Source: Nitrospirota bacterium (GTDB taxonomy: Bacteria; Nitrospirota; UBA9217). From it: a stretch of 64,000 nt of DNA. The stretch spans positions 512,001 through 576,000 of the forward strand of contig CAVVUN010000002.1 in assembly GCA_963751455.1 (NCBI GenBank), in the 5' to 3' direction. The position numbers and the translations under genes are program-made. Below, in pieces: positions 47,284-57,304 of this stretch (within the stretch, counting starts at the first letter, position 1; each line of letters opens with the position of its first letter). The notes beneath the pieces were generated by a model. The model was not told the origin of the DNA, did no database searches, and was given only the letters and a program-made list of their open reading frames with translations.

Positions 47284-47332
47284 GGGCGCGGGACAACCTG
47301 CCTTTCGCCGCTGATACCGTCGCGAAGAGTGC

Positions 47333-48676
47333 CTAGTGGACCCTGGCGGCCTCGATCAACATGATCTGAATATCCATGACGTTGGTCCCGGTCGGGCCCG
47401 TCACCAGATGATGCTTCTCGGCCTGACGGGAATCGAGCATTTTAAAAAACCGGTAGGAATCGTTCGTTTCGAGATAAAATTCCGGGTCGATTCCTGCTCT
47501 GCGCGCCCGTTCCAGCGTTGCTCCGTCTACAACCGCCCCGGCGGCGTCGGTAGATCCGTCCGTGCCGTCCGTGCCCGCCGACAGCATAGTAATTCCCGGT
47601 ACCCCCTCAATTTCACGTGCAAACGCGAGCGCCAGTTCCTGGTTTCTGCCGCCAATCCCGTTTCCTGTTACCGTTACCGTTGTCTCTCCCCCGGAGATCA
47701 AACAGGCACGGCCGGCCACCGTCGGCATCAGTTGCCTGACCTGCTGCGCAAGGTAACGCGCCGCCGTTCTGGCCTCGCCGCTCAAATGTTCCGTTATGAT
47801 CCGGGCATCGAACCCGGCGTTTTCTGCCGCCAGCTTCGCCGCGATAAGGGACTGTCCGAGCCCTCCTACTATGACGGGCTTTGTTTTTTCAAAACAGGGG
47901 TGACCGGCCTTCGGGGTTTCAGGTTCCAGACCCGAGGCGCCCCGCTCAAGGTATTGCAATACGCGTTGAGGCGTTTTTGCAATGATACTCCTCTGCTTGA
48001 GTACATCAAGCGAATGTGCGAATGTCGTTGTGTCGGGCACTGTCGGTCCTGACCCAATCACGTCCAGCCGGTCGCCGAGAACATCCGAGAGCAGCAGGGT
48101 AACAATGGTCGCCGGGAAAGCGAGTGCTGCCAGCCTGCCGCCTTTGACCTTTGAGAGGTGCTTTCGTACGGCGTTCAATTCGTCGATCGCCGCTCCCGTT
48201 TTGAGCAGGACATCGGTAACATCCTGTTTGTCCCCGAGCGTAACTCCTTCAACGGGCGATACCAGCAGCGACGAGGCGCCGCCGGATAGAAGACAAAAAA
48301 CAAGTGTCCGCTCCCCGGCTGCCCTCAGAAGCTCGCTGATCTCTACGGTCGCCGCTGCGCCCGCTGCATCAGGCAGCGGATGGGAAGCTTCTCTTTGTTC
48401 TATTTTTCTGAGCTGCCCTGTATGGCCGTACTTTACAATAATAATACCACGGTCCAGTTTAGGCCCGAGCGCATCCTCAATAGCACGGGCCATCGCGGCC
48501 GCAGCTTTGCCGGCCCCGACAGCGATCACGGTTCCGTAGCGCTCCAGATCGTACACCGTGCCCGATACCCGCAGCCGCCCGTCTTTCTCCATGGCAAGGC
48601 TGCCCTTTACCGCCCTATACGGGTCAGCGGCCGAGAGCGCAGCATTAAACAGATCGATGCACTGGCTTCGATTCAT
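47333..48676 (-). CDS. Glycerate 2-kinase (MOFRL family)
   Basis: GAGKAA, SHPLPD, SGGASSL, VRKHLS.VKGG, GGETTV, GGRNQE, TGPTGTNVMD. Confidence 0.92.
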   Translation of the reverse strand: MNRSQCIDLFNAALSAADPYRAVKGSLAMEKDGRLRVSGTVYDLERYGTVIAVGAGKAAAAMARAIEDALGPKLDRGIIIVKYGHTGQLRKIEQREASHPLPDAAGAAATVEISELLRAAGERTLVFCLLSGGASSLLVSPVEGVTLGDKQDVTDVLLKTGAAIDELNAVRKHLSKVKGGRLAALAFPATIVTLLLSDVLGDRLDVIGSGPTVPDTTTFAHSLDVLKQRSIIAKTPQRVLQYLERGASGLEPETPKAGHPCFEKTKPVIVGGLGQSLIAAKLAAENAGFDARIITEHLSGEARTAARYLAQQVRQLMPTVAGRACLISGGETTVTVTGNGIGGRNQELALAFAREIEGVPGITMLSAGTDGTDGSTDAAGAVVDGATLERARRAGIDPEFYLETNDSYRFFKMLDSRQAEKHHLVTGPTGTNVMDIQIMLIEAARVH

Positions 48677-49466
48677 GGTTAAGGAGCTTGGATATCGCTT
48701 CGTTCCATCCGTCCGGACCGATTCCTTCGGTTTTCATGAGTGACCGCTGTAGGACCATGGGCTCATGAGACCCATCCGGTTTTTTTATCAGAACCGGCAA
48801 GTCGACTTGCTGAAGCATAGGAAGGTCATTCAAACTGTCTCCCAAGCCTATTGTCACAATTCTACCATATTCATTTTGATAAAATTCTTTCAGAACTGTG
48901 ATCGCGGTGCCCTTGTCGCTGTTTCCAAGGATGTGATACATATTTCCCCTGGTCCAGGATAAGCCGCGGTTGCGGATTTCAGCGAAGAAGGATCGGTCCG
49001 GCTCCTCAAGGAATATAAAAGGCTCATCGAATTCCCGTTTTTTCGCTAAATCGGCGTCCCGCGGCGAAAGACCTGTAAGACGGCACACTTCGTCAATGGA
49101 CATGTCTCCGAAGCCTTTTACGCGCGCGAACAACTTTTTTCTTACTGCACTAAACGCAGTGCGAATTGTACGATATGAGGCGCCAAGCGTGATAACAAAA
49201 TATCCGTTTCGCAGTTCACCGTTGACAGGAAACTGAAAGTAGCCGGTCGGTATGAAAATAGCCCCGCCGTTTTCCGGGATAAAAGGATGCCTGTTTTTGA
49301 TGCGTCTGCGGTAGATTTCCATCTCGGCTCTCGTCTTGCTGGAGCAGAGAATAAGCGGGATATTGCTCCTGCGCAGGAGCTCAAGAGCAGGTTTTGCGCG
49401 CTCAAACGAATAGGTTTGAGGCTGAAGGAGGGTGCCGTCGAGATCACTGAAAACCACGAACTTCAT
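48645..49466 (-). CDS. Mannosyl/glucosyl-3-phosphoglycerate phosphatase (HAD IIB)
   Basis: SDLDGTLL, CSSKT, ENGG, GDSLND, GP.GW. Confidence 0.9.
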   Translation of the reverse strand: MKFVVFSDLDGTLLQPQTYSFERAKPALELLRRSNIPLILCSSKTRAEMEIYRRRIKNRHPFIPENGGAIFIPTGYFQFPVNGELRNGYFVITLGASYRTIRTAFSAVRKKLFARVKGFGDMSIDEVCRLTGLSPRDADLAKKREFDEPFIFLEEPDRSFFAEIRNRGLSWTRGNMYHILGNSDKGTAITVLKEFYQNEYGRIVTIGLGDSLNDLPMLQQVDLPVLIKKPDGSHEPMVLQRSLMKTEGIGPDGWNEAISKLLNHESKPVHRSV

Positions 49467-49489
49467 GGCAGTCGATTCCTGTTTATAAT

Positions 49490-50197
49490 TTAACCCTTGT
49501 TTCGTGAGGGGTACCACCGCACAAGCCGCTCCGGCGGCACCCCTATAAGGTAGAGAAGCTGCAGCGCCCAGTTCCTGATCGTGCAGAATAGAATCCCTTC
49601 CTTTTCCCAGCGGCGGACGGATGTTCTCACCTTTTCGGGAATTATGGAAATATGGTCTCCGCGTTTTCTGATACGTCTCATGAGGTCGATGTCTTCCATA
49701 AGAGGAATAACTGCATAGCCACCGATCCGGTTAAAGTATTCCCGACGTATAAACACCGCCTGGTCTCCGAACGGTACCCTGGTCAGCCGCGTTCGCGCCT
49801 GAACATATCGCTCCGTAATTCTGAAAATCTTTCTATCCGTCGCAAAACCGATATCAAACGCACCTGCAACGACGGCTTGATCGGTTAAAGCATCGCGGAC
49901 GAGCGAGGAAGCCTTGTCCGGCAATACAGAATCGGCATGCAGAAACAGAAGGATATCGCCGGAAGCAAGGGAAGCCCCGCGGTTCATCTGCCGGGCCCGG
50001 CCTTTTTCCGAGATCGCGGTAAGCACGCGCCTGTCCGTTATAGTTGCGATCGTGCCGCCAAGAGGGTCGCCGTCTACGACAATGATTTCAATGCCGGCAC
50101 TCGCCTCGAGCGAAAGGAGGCTTCTTATCGTTTCTTTAATTGTAATTGCCTCATCATATACAGGAAGGACAATCGAAATTTCAGGGTGCTTTGTCAA
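49490..50197 (-). CDS. TIGR04283-type GT2 glycosyltransferase
   Basis: GRARQMN.GA, LFLHAD, GDQAVF, PLMED, TSVRRW. Confidence 0.88.
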   Translation of the reverse strand: MTKHPEISIVLPVYDEAITIKETIRSLLSLEASAGIEIIVVDGDPLGGTIATITDRRVLTAISEKGRARQMNRGASLASGDILLFLHADSVLPDKASSLVRDALTDQAVVAGAFDIGFATDRKIFRITERYVQARTRLTRVPFGDQAVFIRREYFNRIGGYAVIPLMEDIDLMRRIRKRGDHISIIPEKVRTSVRRWEKEGILFCTIRNWALQLLYLIGVPPERLVRWYPSRNKG

Positions 50198-50351
50198 TCG
50201 GGCTCTCCCAAAGATTCAGCGGTATCTGCAGGACAATACCACACCTCGCGATTATTTAAAAGAAGCCTAAGGACACACTCCAATTGCACTAATTGTCGGG
50301 AAAGAACAAAGCGTACTTCAGGAGATACTGCAGAAACATAGGGCCCCAGAC

Positions 50352-50660
50352 CTACATATCTTCTTCAGGCATGATGTGGGCCGAATCCCATACATTCATT
50401 CTCATAATGCAGTCATGCGCCTCTGACTTGTCATATACCGGTGTCCCGACAGGACTGCACACTGTGAGGCATTCATCTTTCAATCCCTGGACCTTCGCCT
50501 CGATGTTTTCCGCAATTATATGCAGTCTCTCAAGTTCCAGACCGAGCTTCTTTTTTTCACCATCGGGCAGAAGCTCCAAACTCTTCACAATATCTGAAAT
50601 CTCCCGGCTCCATGCAGACATCTCGTTTTCCGCCGTGTAACAATATTCATTCCGGTCCAT
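50352..50660 (-). CDS. Hypothetical helical protein
   Basis: AAGGGGG RBS, 102 aa. Confidence 0.7.
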   Translation of the reverse strand: MDRNEYCYTAENEMSAWSREISDIVKSLELLPDGEKKKLGLELERLHIIAENIEAKVQGLKDECLTVCSPVGTPVYDKSEAHDCIMRMNVWDSAHIMPEEDM

Positions 50661-50860
50661 AATGGCCCCCTTGTCAAAAAAATACCGCAGAGACAGCTGA
50701 GAAGGGGTGACAAAACATGGCCTGGTCTCGGGGTTTGGAATCCCGGGTTCCAGGCTTTTCAGTCCAGCCGCGTTCTCCTGTCTCGGCGGTAATTATTTAA
50801 ACCAGGATAATATATCTCCTGTTTTAAGGTTATCACTCATGCAAAATTCTGTCAAGAACG

Positions 50861-51766
50861 TCAAAGAACTACAATATCGTAATATTTGCCGTTGACTTCG
50901 CTGCCGATCAGACCGAAACGTGCGCTCGAAGTCTCGATCGGGTCGGACTTCCATGAAAAACCAATGGACGGCACCTCGACGGAAACTGCTGCGTGCGAGG
51001 CTGCGCGATATCCCTTTAGTCTGAAATGCCTGCACTTGTCCTCGTAGAGAAGCGGCTCCTCCGTGGCGGTCCATGTGACTCTTACCGACATACGCGCCGG
51101 TCTGGACTTGGCTTCGGCAGAGGGCCATTCCGGCTGGTCGATAACGGGAAGATTATTAAGAATCAGGGTAGCAGCCCGTCCGTCGGGACTGATCGTCAGA
51201 CCTCCGTCAGGCACGCTTGCCATCCCAAAGAGTCCGGAAGGAGCTGTAGGGGGATGAAAATCATGCAGCTTGTTGACAGTAACAGGCGCTCCCCGGAACA
51301 ATGCAAGCCCAAGATGAGCGAATGTTCCTGTACGTGCCGATCGGGCGGAAAAGTATTCGCCCTGCATAAAGGAAAAATTCGTGCTCAAGCCCCCGAAACC
51401 GATACGGTTGCCTTTGTTGTCCGTTCCGATTCCCGTAAAGTCGCCGCAGCGCGCCACACGGCCTTTAAAATGAAAAATATTGGACGGGTCCGTCCCGTTT
51501 TCGGGTGTTTCGTTGTGGTTTCCATTTTTGTCCAGCCACGGAATCGGGAAAGGCGCGGTCCTTCCGTTGAGCGTCGGGTCCGGTTTGAAAGCAAGACGGC
51601 TCTCGACGGCAGAAGCCTTCGAAAGAAAAACGGCACCGCCGGCCGCCGCAATAATGCCGCTCCCGCCCCGTAAAAACCGCCGTCGGCTCATTGCGCTGGA
51701 TGGAAGCGAACCGTCATCCCTGACTGAAGCGTGCACCGGCTTTTCCATCTTTTCATGAGAAGACAT
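50861..51766 (-). CDS. Tat-exported hypothetical protein
   Basis: SRRRFL twin-arginine motif followed by a hydrophobic stretch and ASA; AAGGAG RBS. Confidence 0.75.
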   Translation of the reverse strand: MSSHEKMEKPVHASVRDDGSLPSSAMSRRRFLRGGSGIIAAAGGAVFLSKASAVESRLAFKPDPTLNGRTAPFPIPWLDKNGNHNETPENGTDPSNIFHFKGRVARCGDFTGIGTDNKGNRIGFGGLSTNFSFMQGEYFSARSARTGTFAHLGLALFRGAPVTVNKLHDFHPPTAPSGLFGMASVPDGGLTISPDGRAATLILNNLPVIDQPEWPSAEAKSRPARMSVRVTWTATEEPLLYEDKCRHFRLKGYRAASHAAVSVEVPSIGFSWKSDPIETSSARFGLIGSEVNGKYYDIVVL

Positions 51767-52060
51767 GCGACGCTCCTTATCATTTTTATGTTGCTGCAAC
51801 CGAAGGCGCAGCAGAGCGTGCTCTGAAGAAACGGACTTACTTTTTTAAAGTCTATCACTGTAAATGAGAGAGTGATCGGTCCATGTCTCGGTATCATACT
51901 CATTCCAAAGTTGTTCGAATTGAGCCACTCGTTATACCGCTCTGCTCCAGAATGATTCATTAAAATGAGCTTATTTGACAATTATTTTCATATAGGTTTT
52001 AATAATAATATGAATTATGGAATCAAATGAAGCTCGGGTCATCTAAGGAGGATAAACATT

Positions 52061-52996
52061 ATGGCAAATGTATATACCGGTGTAGAGCCGTATGCCTATG
52101 AAGGGGGCGGCTTGTTCAGACGGGTGTCCTGGGGCGCTGTATTTGCAGGGCTCGTCGTTGCGCTCGTGATCACATTATTGCTCAGCCTGCTCGGTATCGG
52201 AATCGGGCTTGGAGCAATTAACCCGGCAACCGAAGAGAACCCCCTCGGCGGAATGGGGATTGGTTCAGCAATCTGGCTGGCGATCACGACATTAATCGCG
52301 CTGTTTCTGGGAGGGTGGACGACGGCGAAGCTGGCCGGTTCTGTCCGGGGACTTAACGGAATTCTGCATAGCATCGTGATGTGGGGGTTAGTTACTCTCG
52401 TTTCATTTTATCTGATGACCACCGCCATTGGCGCATTGATCAGCGGAGTTGCGGGTGTCGTGGGCAAGGGTATTTCAGCTGTTTCAGGCGGTGTTGCAGC
52501 AGTTGCACCTGAGGCGGGAGAAAAGATAAAGCAGGAGCTGGCCCAGAGAGGTATCACGGTGGATAAGATGATGAATGAGGCGAAGCAGATGATGCGTCAG
52601 AGCCGCGGCGCCGGAGCAGGAGGAGGAGCAGCTGATACGGCCGACCAGGATTTGAAGCAATCGCTTCAGAGAATATTCTCCAGCGGTCAGACGTCCGTCA
52701 GTCCGGCTGACAGGGACGCTCTCGTTAACGCCCTCACGGCGCGTACGAATATGAGCCGGCCGGAAGCCGAGAATAGAGTGGACGGCTGGATTCAGCAGTA
52801 TCAACAGGCGGCACAGGGTGCTCAACAGACCAAACAGCAAGCGCTGCAGAAGACCGAGCAGGCTATGGACGCCTTATCAAAAGCCGGAATCTGGTTGTTC
52901 ATTCTTCTGGTACTTGAAGCAGGCGCAGCAGCTCTCGGAGGCTGGCTGGGAGCGAGCAGGGAAGAGTACCCGGGTACCACAACGGCTGCACGGTAA
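52061..52996 (+). CDS. Multi-pass membrane protein (RVSWGAVFAG family)
   Basis: AAGGAGG RBS, several TM helices, Gln-rich helical region. Confidence 0.8.
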   Translation: MANVYTGVEPYAYEGGGLFRRVSWGAVFAGLVVALVITLLLSLLGIGIGLGAINPATEENPLGGMGIGSAIWLAITTLIALFLGGWTTAKLAGSVRGLNGILHSIVMWGLVTLVSFYLMTTAIGALISGVAGVVGKGISAVSGGVAAVAPEAGEKIKQELAQRGITVDKMMNEAKQMMRQSRGAGAGGGAADTADQDLKQSLQRIFSSGQTSVSPADRDALVNALTARTNMSRPEAENRVDGWIQQYQQAAQGAQQTKQQALQKTEQAMDALSKAGIWLFILLVLEAGAAALGGWLGASREEYPGTTTAAR

Positions 52997-53023
52997 CCTT
53001 TTCTGTCACAATCTGCACTTAGT

Positions 53024-53060
53024 AAAAGAGCAGTTCAAGTCCTCGAACTGCTCTTTTTTT
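53024..53060 (+). terminator. Intrinsic terminator
   Basis: AAAAGAGCAGTTC / GAACTGCTCTTTTTTT. Confidence 0.85.
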
Positions 53061-53412
53061 GAAGCACTTCATTAGAAAACTTCGAACAAAACATTTCAAT
53101 GCCGCCGCTAAGGATCCAGTTTTGTATTTTCGGAAAAAATTATCGCTCGGATAGTGGCTTCTCTAAAAGCCTTCTTTCAATCTGAGTCCATCTTTAGCAG
53201 TCTTTACGAGGCTGCTTCCCGGTGCTAAGGTTTATAAATAAGAGTCCAAGGCTCTTTTGCAGTTTTGCTGAGACGGGACGGGAAACAAACTGTATATTCC
53301 GTTCAAAGCAAACGATCAACGGCGTGACGGTTTTCAGCAAATCGGGTACAGGAATGTCAAACGCTGCGCATCGCCGGAATCACGAAAACCAGGCGGAGAG
53401 CAGGAGGAACAT

Positions 53413-54315
53413 ATGGTTCAGGTCGGAATAGTATTCGCGATATCAATCGTGATGTACGGCGGGTTCAGCCAGGCCGCCGAACAAAAAACGGATACTGAGT
53501 TGATTAAAACGCTGATGAGCAAGTCCGGGATGAGCACGCAGCTGGAACAAATGCCCGAACTGGTCAAAGCGGGTATGATGGAGGCGAACAAGGAAACCGA
53601 GGCGTTGTCGCCCGAAGCCTTGACAGAGGTGAGCGGAATGGCTGCCATGGCATTCGATCCGGTGAGACTGCAGGCGATCGTTCAGCAATATATGCAGACG
53701 AATCTGGACGAGCACGATACACGGCAAGCGCTTGCCTGGCTGGGTTCTCCGATGGGAGAAAAGATCACGAGGCTTGAAGAAAAAGCGGCTACCCCCGAGG
53801 GGTACGCCGACATGTTCAAGATGGCGGACCAATTGGTAGCAAACACCGCACGGGTCGAACTGATAAAAAAACTGGACAATGCGGTAAAGGCCACGGAAAC
53901 TGCCGTTTCGATGGCAATCAATACGCAAGCGGCATTGATAGCCGGACTGACCAGCGCGATGAAACCGGACAGCCGGCCGTCCATGGAGGCCATCGAAAAC
54001 GAAGTTGCAAAGAATAAAGAGCAGATCCGCTCCGAAATCGAACCCCGCACAATCCTCATGTTTTTGTATTCCTACCGGGAGCTGAACGATGCGGAAATCG
54101 GGCAGTATCTTAAATTTGCCGAGTCGAATTCAGGGAAAAAATATCATGAGACCATGTCGAATGGCTTCGATAATGCGCTTGCTCGCGCCGCAAGGGCGCT
54201 GGGAGTACAAATAGAGCATGGAGCAGGTCAGGAAGTGAAGGATACCAAAAAGAAGAAGAGCACTACCGCGAGAAAAGTGACACAGCCTGGTTTCCTTGAC
54301 ATTTTTGGCGGCTAG
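53413..54315 (+). CDS. Exported helical protein (DUF2059-like)
   Basis: AGGAGG RBS, signal peptide, repeated SPMGEKI / YL.FAES.SGKK motifs. Confidence 0.7.
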   Translation: MVQVGIVFAISIVMYGGFSQAAEQKTDTELIKTLMSKSGMSTQLEQMPELVKAGMMEANKETEALSPEALTEVSGMAAMAFDPVRLQAIVQQYMQTNLDEHDTRQALAWLGSPMGEKITRLEEKAATPEGYADMFKMADQLVANTARVELIKKLDNAVKATETAVSMAINTQAALIAGLTSAMKPDSRPSMEAIENEVAKNKEQIRSEIEPRTILMFLYSYRELNDAEIGQYLKFAESNSGKKYHETMSNGFDNALARAARALGVQIEHGAGQEVKDTKKKKSTTARKVTQPGFLDIFGG

Positions 54316-54354
54316 TCGCTATATTAAAGATGGGAGAACCTGGAGATTGAACTG

Positions 54355-54513
54355 ATGCCACATTAAATGCCCCGTATGCGGCATGGAGGTAAGCGAGGAA
54401 TCGGCGCTGAGGCCGTCTCTCACGGCGCGACTTATTATTTCTGCAGCGAAGAAGATAAAAAAGAATTTCAGAAGCATCCGTTGATGTATCTGAGGAAGCA
54501 AAAAGCGGCGTAA
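54355..54513 (+). pseudogene. YHS-domain metal-binding protein, frameshifted
   Basis: CPVCGMEV in one frame and HGATYYFCSEEDKKEF.KHP..Y in another; the ATG at 54355 is also out of frame with CPVC. Confidence 0.7.
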
Positions 54514-54681
54514 AACGGGGTAGAGACTTTTATCCGGACATCGGCGAGGTGTCCGGATTTTTTTTTGATTGAGGAAGTCGCTTTCTTTTGATTATGACGC
54601 GACTCAATTCCCGTCAACCGAAGCAATTCACCATGTCGACTCAAAAACGGGACCCCCCGGACGCCGGAAAGGAGAACAATC

Positions 54682-55122
54682 ATGGATGTAATAGAACTGC
54701 TTACACAAGACCATGAAAGAGTGCTTGCGCTGTTTGAACAGTTCGACAATCTGAAGGAACAGCCCGAGCAAAATAGAGGCAAACTCGAAAAGCTTTTTTC
54801 AAAGATCAAGTTCGAACTGGAGCAGCACACTTTCGCCGAGGAACAATATTTTTACCCCGAACTCGAGAATGATGAAGAAACCCGCGACCTGATCGCGAAA
54901 TCGCTTAAAGAGCACCAGAATATAAAGTCGATGCTGGCGGAACTCGACAATGAAAAGGTCAATCACCAATGGATTGCCAGGCTGTCGGACATGGGGGAAA
55001 AGGTAATGCACCATATCGGAGAAGAAGAGAATGACTTGTTTGAAAAAACAGTGGAAATCCTGGACGAAGACGAGATCAACAAGATCGGTGACAGCATCCA
55101 GCAACTAAAAAAAGCGGCATGA
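54682..55122 (+). CDS. Hemerythrin/HHE cation-binding domain protein
   Basis: DH, HTFAEEQYFYP, EH, HHIGEEE. Confidence 0.9.
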   Translation: MDVIELLTQDHERVLALFEQFDNLKEQPEQNRGKLEKLFSKIKFELEQHTFAEEQYFYPELENDEETRDLIAKSLKEHQNIKSMLAELDNEKVNHQWIARLSDMGEKVMHHIGEEENDLFEKTVEILDEDEINKIGDSIQQLKKAA

Positions 55123-55130
55123 AATCGAGC

Positions 55131-55168
55131 GGGAGGCAGCGTCGTAGTAATCACTGCCTCCCTTTTTT
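55131..55168 (+). terminator. Intrinsic terminator
   Basis: GGGAGGCAG / CTGCCTCCC + TTTTTT. Confidence 0.75.
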
Positions 55169-55246
55169 CTGCGTTGCATTGTCGTCCGCTTTTATCTCAT
55201 TTCTGCCATCTTTTTCACACTGCTTGATTCCATTCATTCAGCGAGC

Positions 55247-56992
55247 TTACCGTCGAAGCCTGTGACGATCATCCTCAGAATACTTTGATTTTTTCTCCTC
55301 GTACATCAACGTGTCGGCATGCGAAATGAGGTCATCAAGTGAACAAGGCTTCTGGGGGTCATAGTTTATGATGCCGGCGCTGATCGAAAGAGAAAAGCGC
55401 AGCCCAGGCCGCGCATTCCGCGCGCTGATGCGCTCGTGCAGACGCTTGAGGATGGCCTTCTCCTCTTCGGTCCCGGCGCTCTGTTCCAGTGCAAGGACCG
55501 CAAACTCATCTCCGCCGAGCCGGCCGATGATGTCTGATTCCCGGAATAATTCCTTCAGGACTGAAGCCGTTTCAACAAGCGCCAAATCGCCCCCGGGATG
55601 GCCGAGCGCATCGTTAATTTTTTTCATCCCGTCAAGGTCCACGAAAAGGAGGAGAAAGCCTTTGCCCGTCCTGTTCGCAACTTTCATCTGCTGCTTTGCA
55701 AGGGAGAAAAAGCCGCGCCGGTTCAGCAGACCGGTCAATTCATCGGTCGTCGAGAGGGAGACAAGCTTTTCCTCGACGTTCTTGCGGTCCTGAACGTCGT
55801 AACAGGAGCTGATATATCCGCTGAAATTGCCGTCAAGATCATTGAAGGGCCTGGCTGATTCAACGAGCCATCGGTACTCGTTCTTGCGGTTTTGCAATCG
55901 GTATTCGGTCACGTACGGCGAGCGGGTCTTGAATGATGCCACCCGTATCTTGCTGAAGCGGTTTCGGTCGTCGGGATGGATTCCCCCGGTCCACGGCTCA
56001 TCGAGCTCGTCCTTGAGAGACCGCCCCCTGAACTCGAGCCACGCCCTGTTGAAGTAATCGCTCCTTCCATCGGCTGCGGTTCGCCTGATCGGATTGGGCA
56101 GTTCGTCGATGAGCGAAAGGTAAAAGTTGCGCGATTTTACGATGGTCTCCTCGGCACGCTTTCTATCGGTAATGTCCTCGATCATGCGGATCGTGTAAAG
56201 CGGCTCGCCGCTGTTGTCCGGTATAACTGATACCGCCAGCAGCCCCCAGACGGTACTGCCGTCTTTCTTCAGGCAGCGTATCGCCAAATGGTAATTGTCG
56301 CGCTTCCGGGAGAGAAGTTCCTGGAGCCAGTTATCGTCGGTCTCGCGGTCTTCAACATGTGTGAAATCAATGAAAGGCCTGCCTGCTATCTCCTTCTCGG
56401 TATACCCGAGCATCTTTTGGAGCGCCTCGTTGCTCTCGATTACCCGGCCGCTGGTATCGACCATGGCGATCCCAAAGCCTGCTTTCCGGAAGAGGGCACG
56501 AAACCTGGACTCCGACCTCCACAATTCCTCTTCAACTGCCTTTCGCCTGCCGATGTCCCGGATGGTGTACTGAAGGACCTTTTCGCTTCCGAAGGAATGT
56601 GCTGTAGCGATCACCTCTACCGAGAGTACCGTACCATCCGCCTGCTGCAGAGGCAGATCGTCGTAGTAAATATGGTCCTGCTCACGCAGTTCCTTGAAAA
56701 TAACAAAGATCGCGTCGGTCTTTTGAAAAGCGTCTATCTCCCACAATGTTCTGCCAGGAAGCAAATCGCCCCTCCGGCCTGTCATTTCGAGGAACGCCTG
56801 GTTCATCTCGATGATAGCCCCAGTCGCTGCCGCTACGAGTACGATTCCGTCCCTGGCCGACTCGAACAAAGCGCGATAGCGCTGTTCGTCCGCACACCGG
56901 TCGGTACAAGTCTGCTCGAGGTGGGCAATGCGTCTCCGCAGCTCTGCCGCCTCGGCAATCAACAGCTCCTTCGATTTATTGGTTTCTTCCAT
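55247..56992 (-). CDS. Diguanylate cyclase with three PAS domains
   Basis: PAS/PAC repeats, DELTGLLNRR, RESD I-site, RLGGDEF; start chosen at ATG 56992. Confidence 0.92.
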   Translation of the reverse strand: MEETNKSKELLIAEAAELRRRIAHLEQTCTDRCADEQRYRALFESARDGIVLVAAATGAIIEMNQAFLEMTGRRGDLLPGRTLWEIDAFQKTDAIFVIFKELREQDHIYYDDLPLQQADGTVLSVEVIATAHSFGSEKVLQYTIRDIGRRKAVEEELWRSESRFRALFRKAGFGIAMVDTSGRVIESNEALQKMLGYTEKEIAGRPFIDFTHVEDRETDDNWLQELLSRKRDNYHLAIRCLKKDGSTVWGLLAVSVIPDNSGEPLYTIRMIEDITDRKRAEETIVKSRNFYLSLIDELPNPIRRTAADGRSDYFNRAWLEFRGRSLKDELDEPWTGGIHPDDRNRFSKIRVASFKTRSPYVTEYRLQNRKNEYRWLVESARPFNDLDGNFSGYISSCYDVQDRKNVEEKLVSLSTTDELTGLLNRRGFFSLAKQQMKVANRTGKGFLLLFVDLDGMKKINDALGHPGGDLALVETASVLKELFRESDIIGRLGGDEFAVLALEQSAGTEEEKAILKRLHERISARNARPGLRFSLSISAGIINYDPQKPCSLDDLISHADTLMYEEKKSKYSEDDRHRLRR

Positions 56993-57304
56993 GTCCCGGC
57001 CTTCAATGGAAACAGGAAAAATAACGAGCATCGAACCGCGGCCCAGGGTTATACCCGGCCAAAAGATCAGACTGGTTCGTTTCTCAATCCTTATTATCAT
57101 AGGCAAAAGGACTGAGAAAGTCAAATCCATGAACTTCTTTCAGACTGACTCCGGGTTGAAACATATTGCTTTATCCTGTCCCATGATTTATAATCTGCCC
57201 CGTTGGAGCTCGTTATCCGTTTTTGTCCCTTTTTTTCCTGGATCAGGTCTGAAACAAAATGGCTGATACCGTAGATCTCTAACGCGAAAAAAGGAGGTCC
57301 ACTC

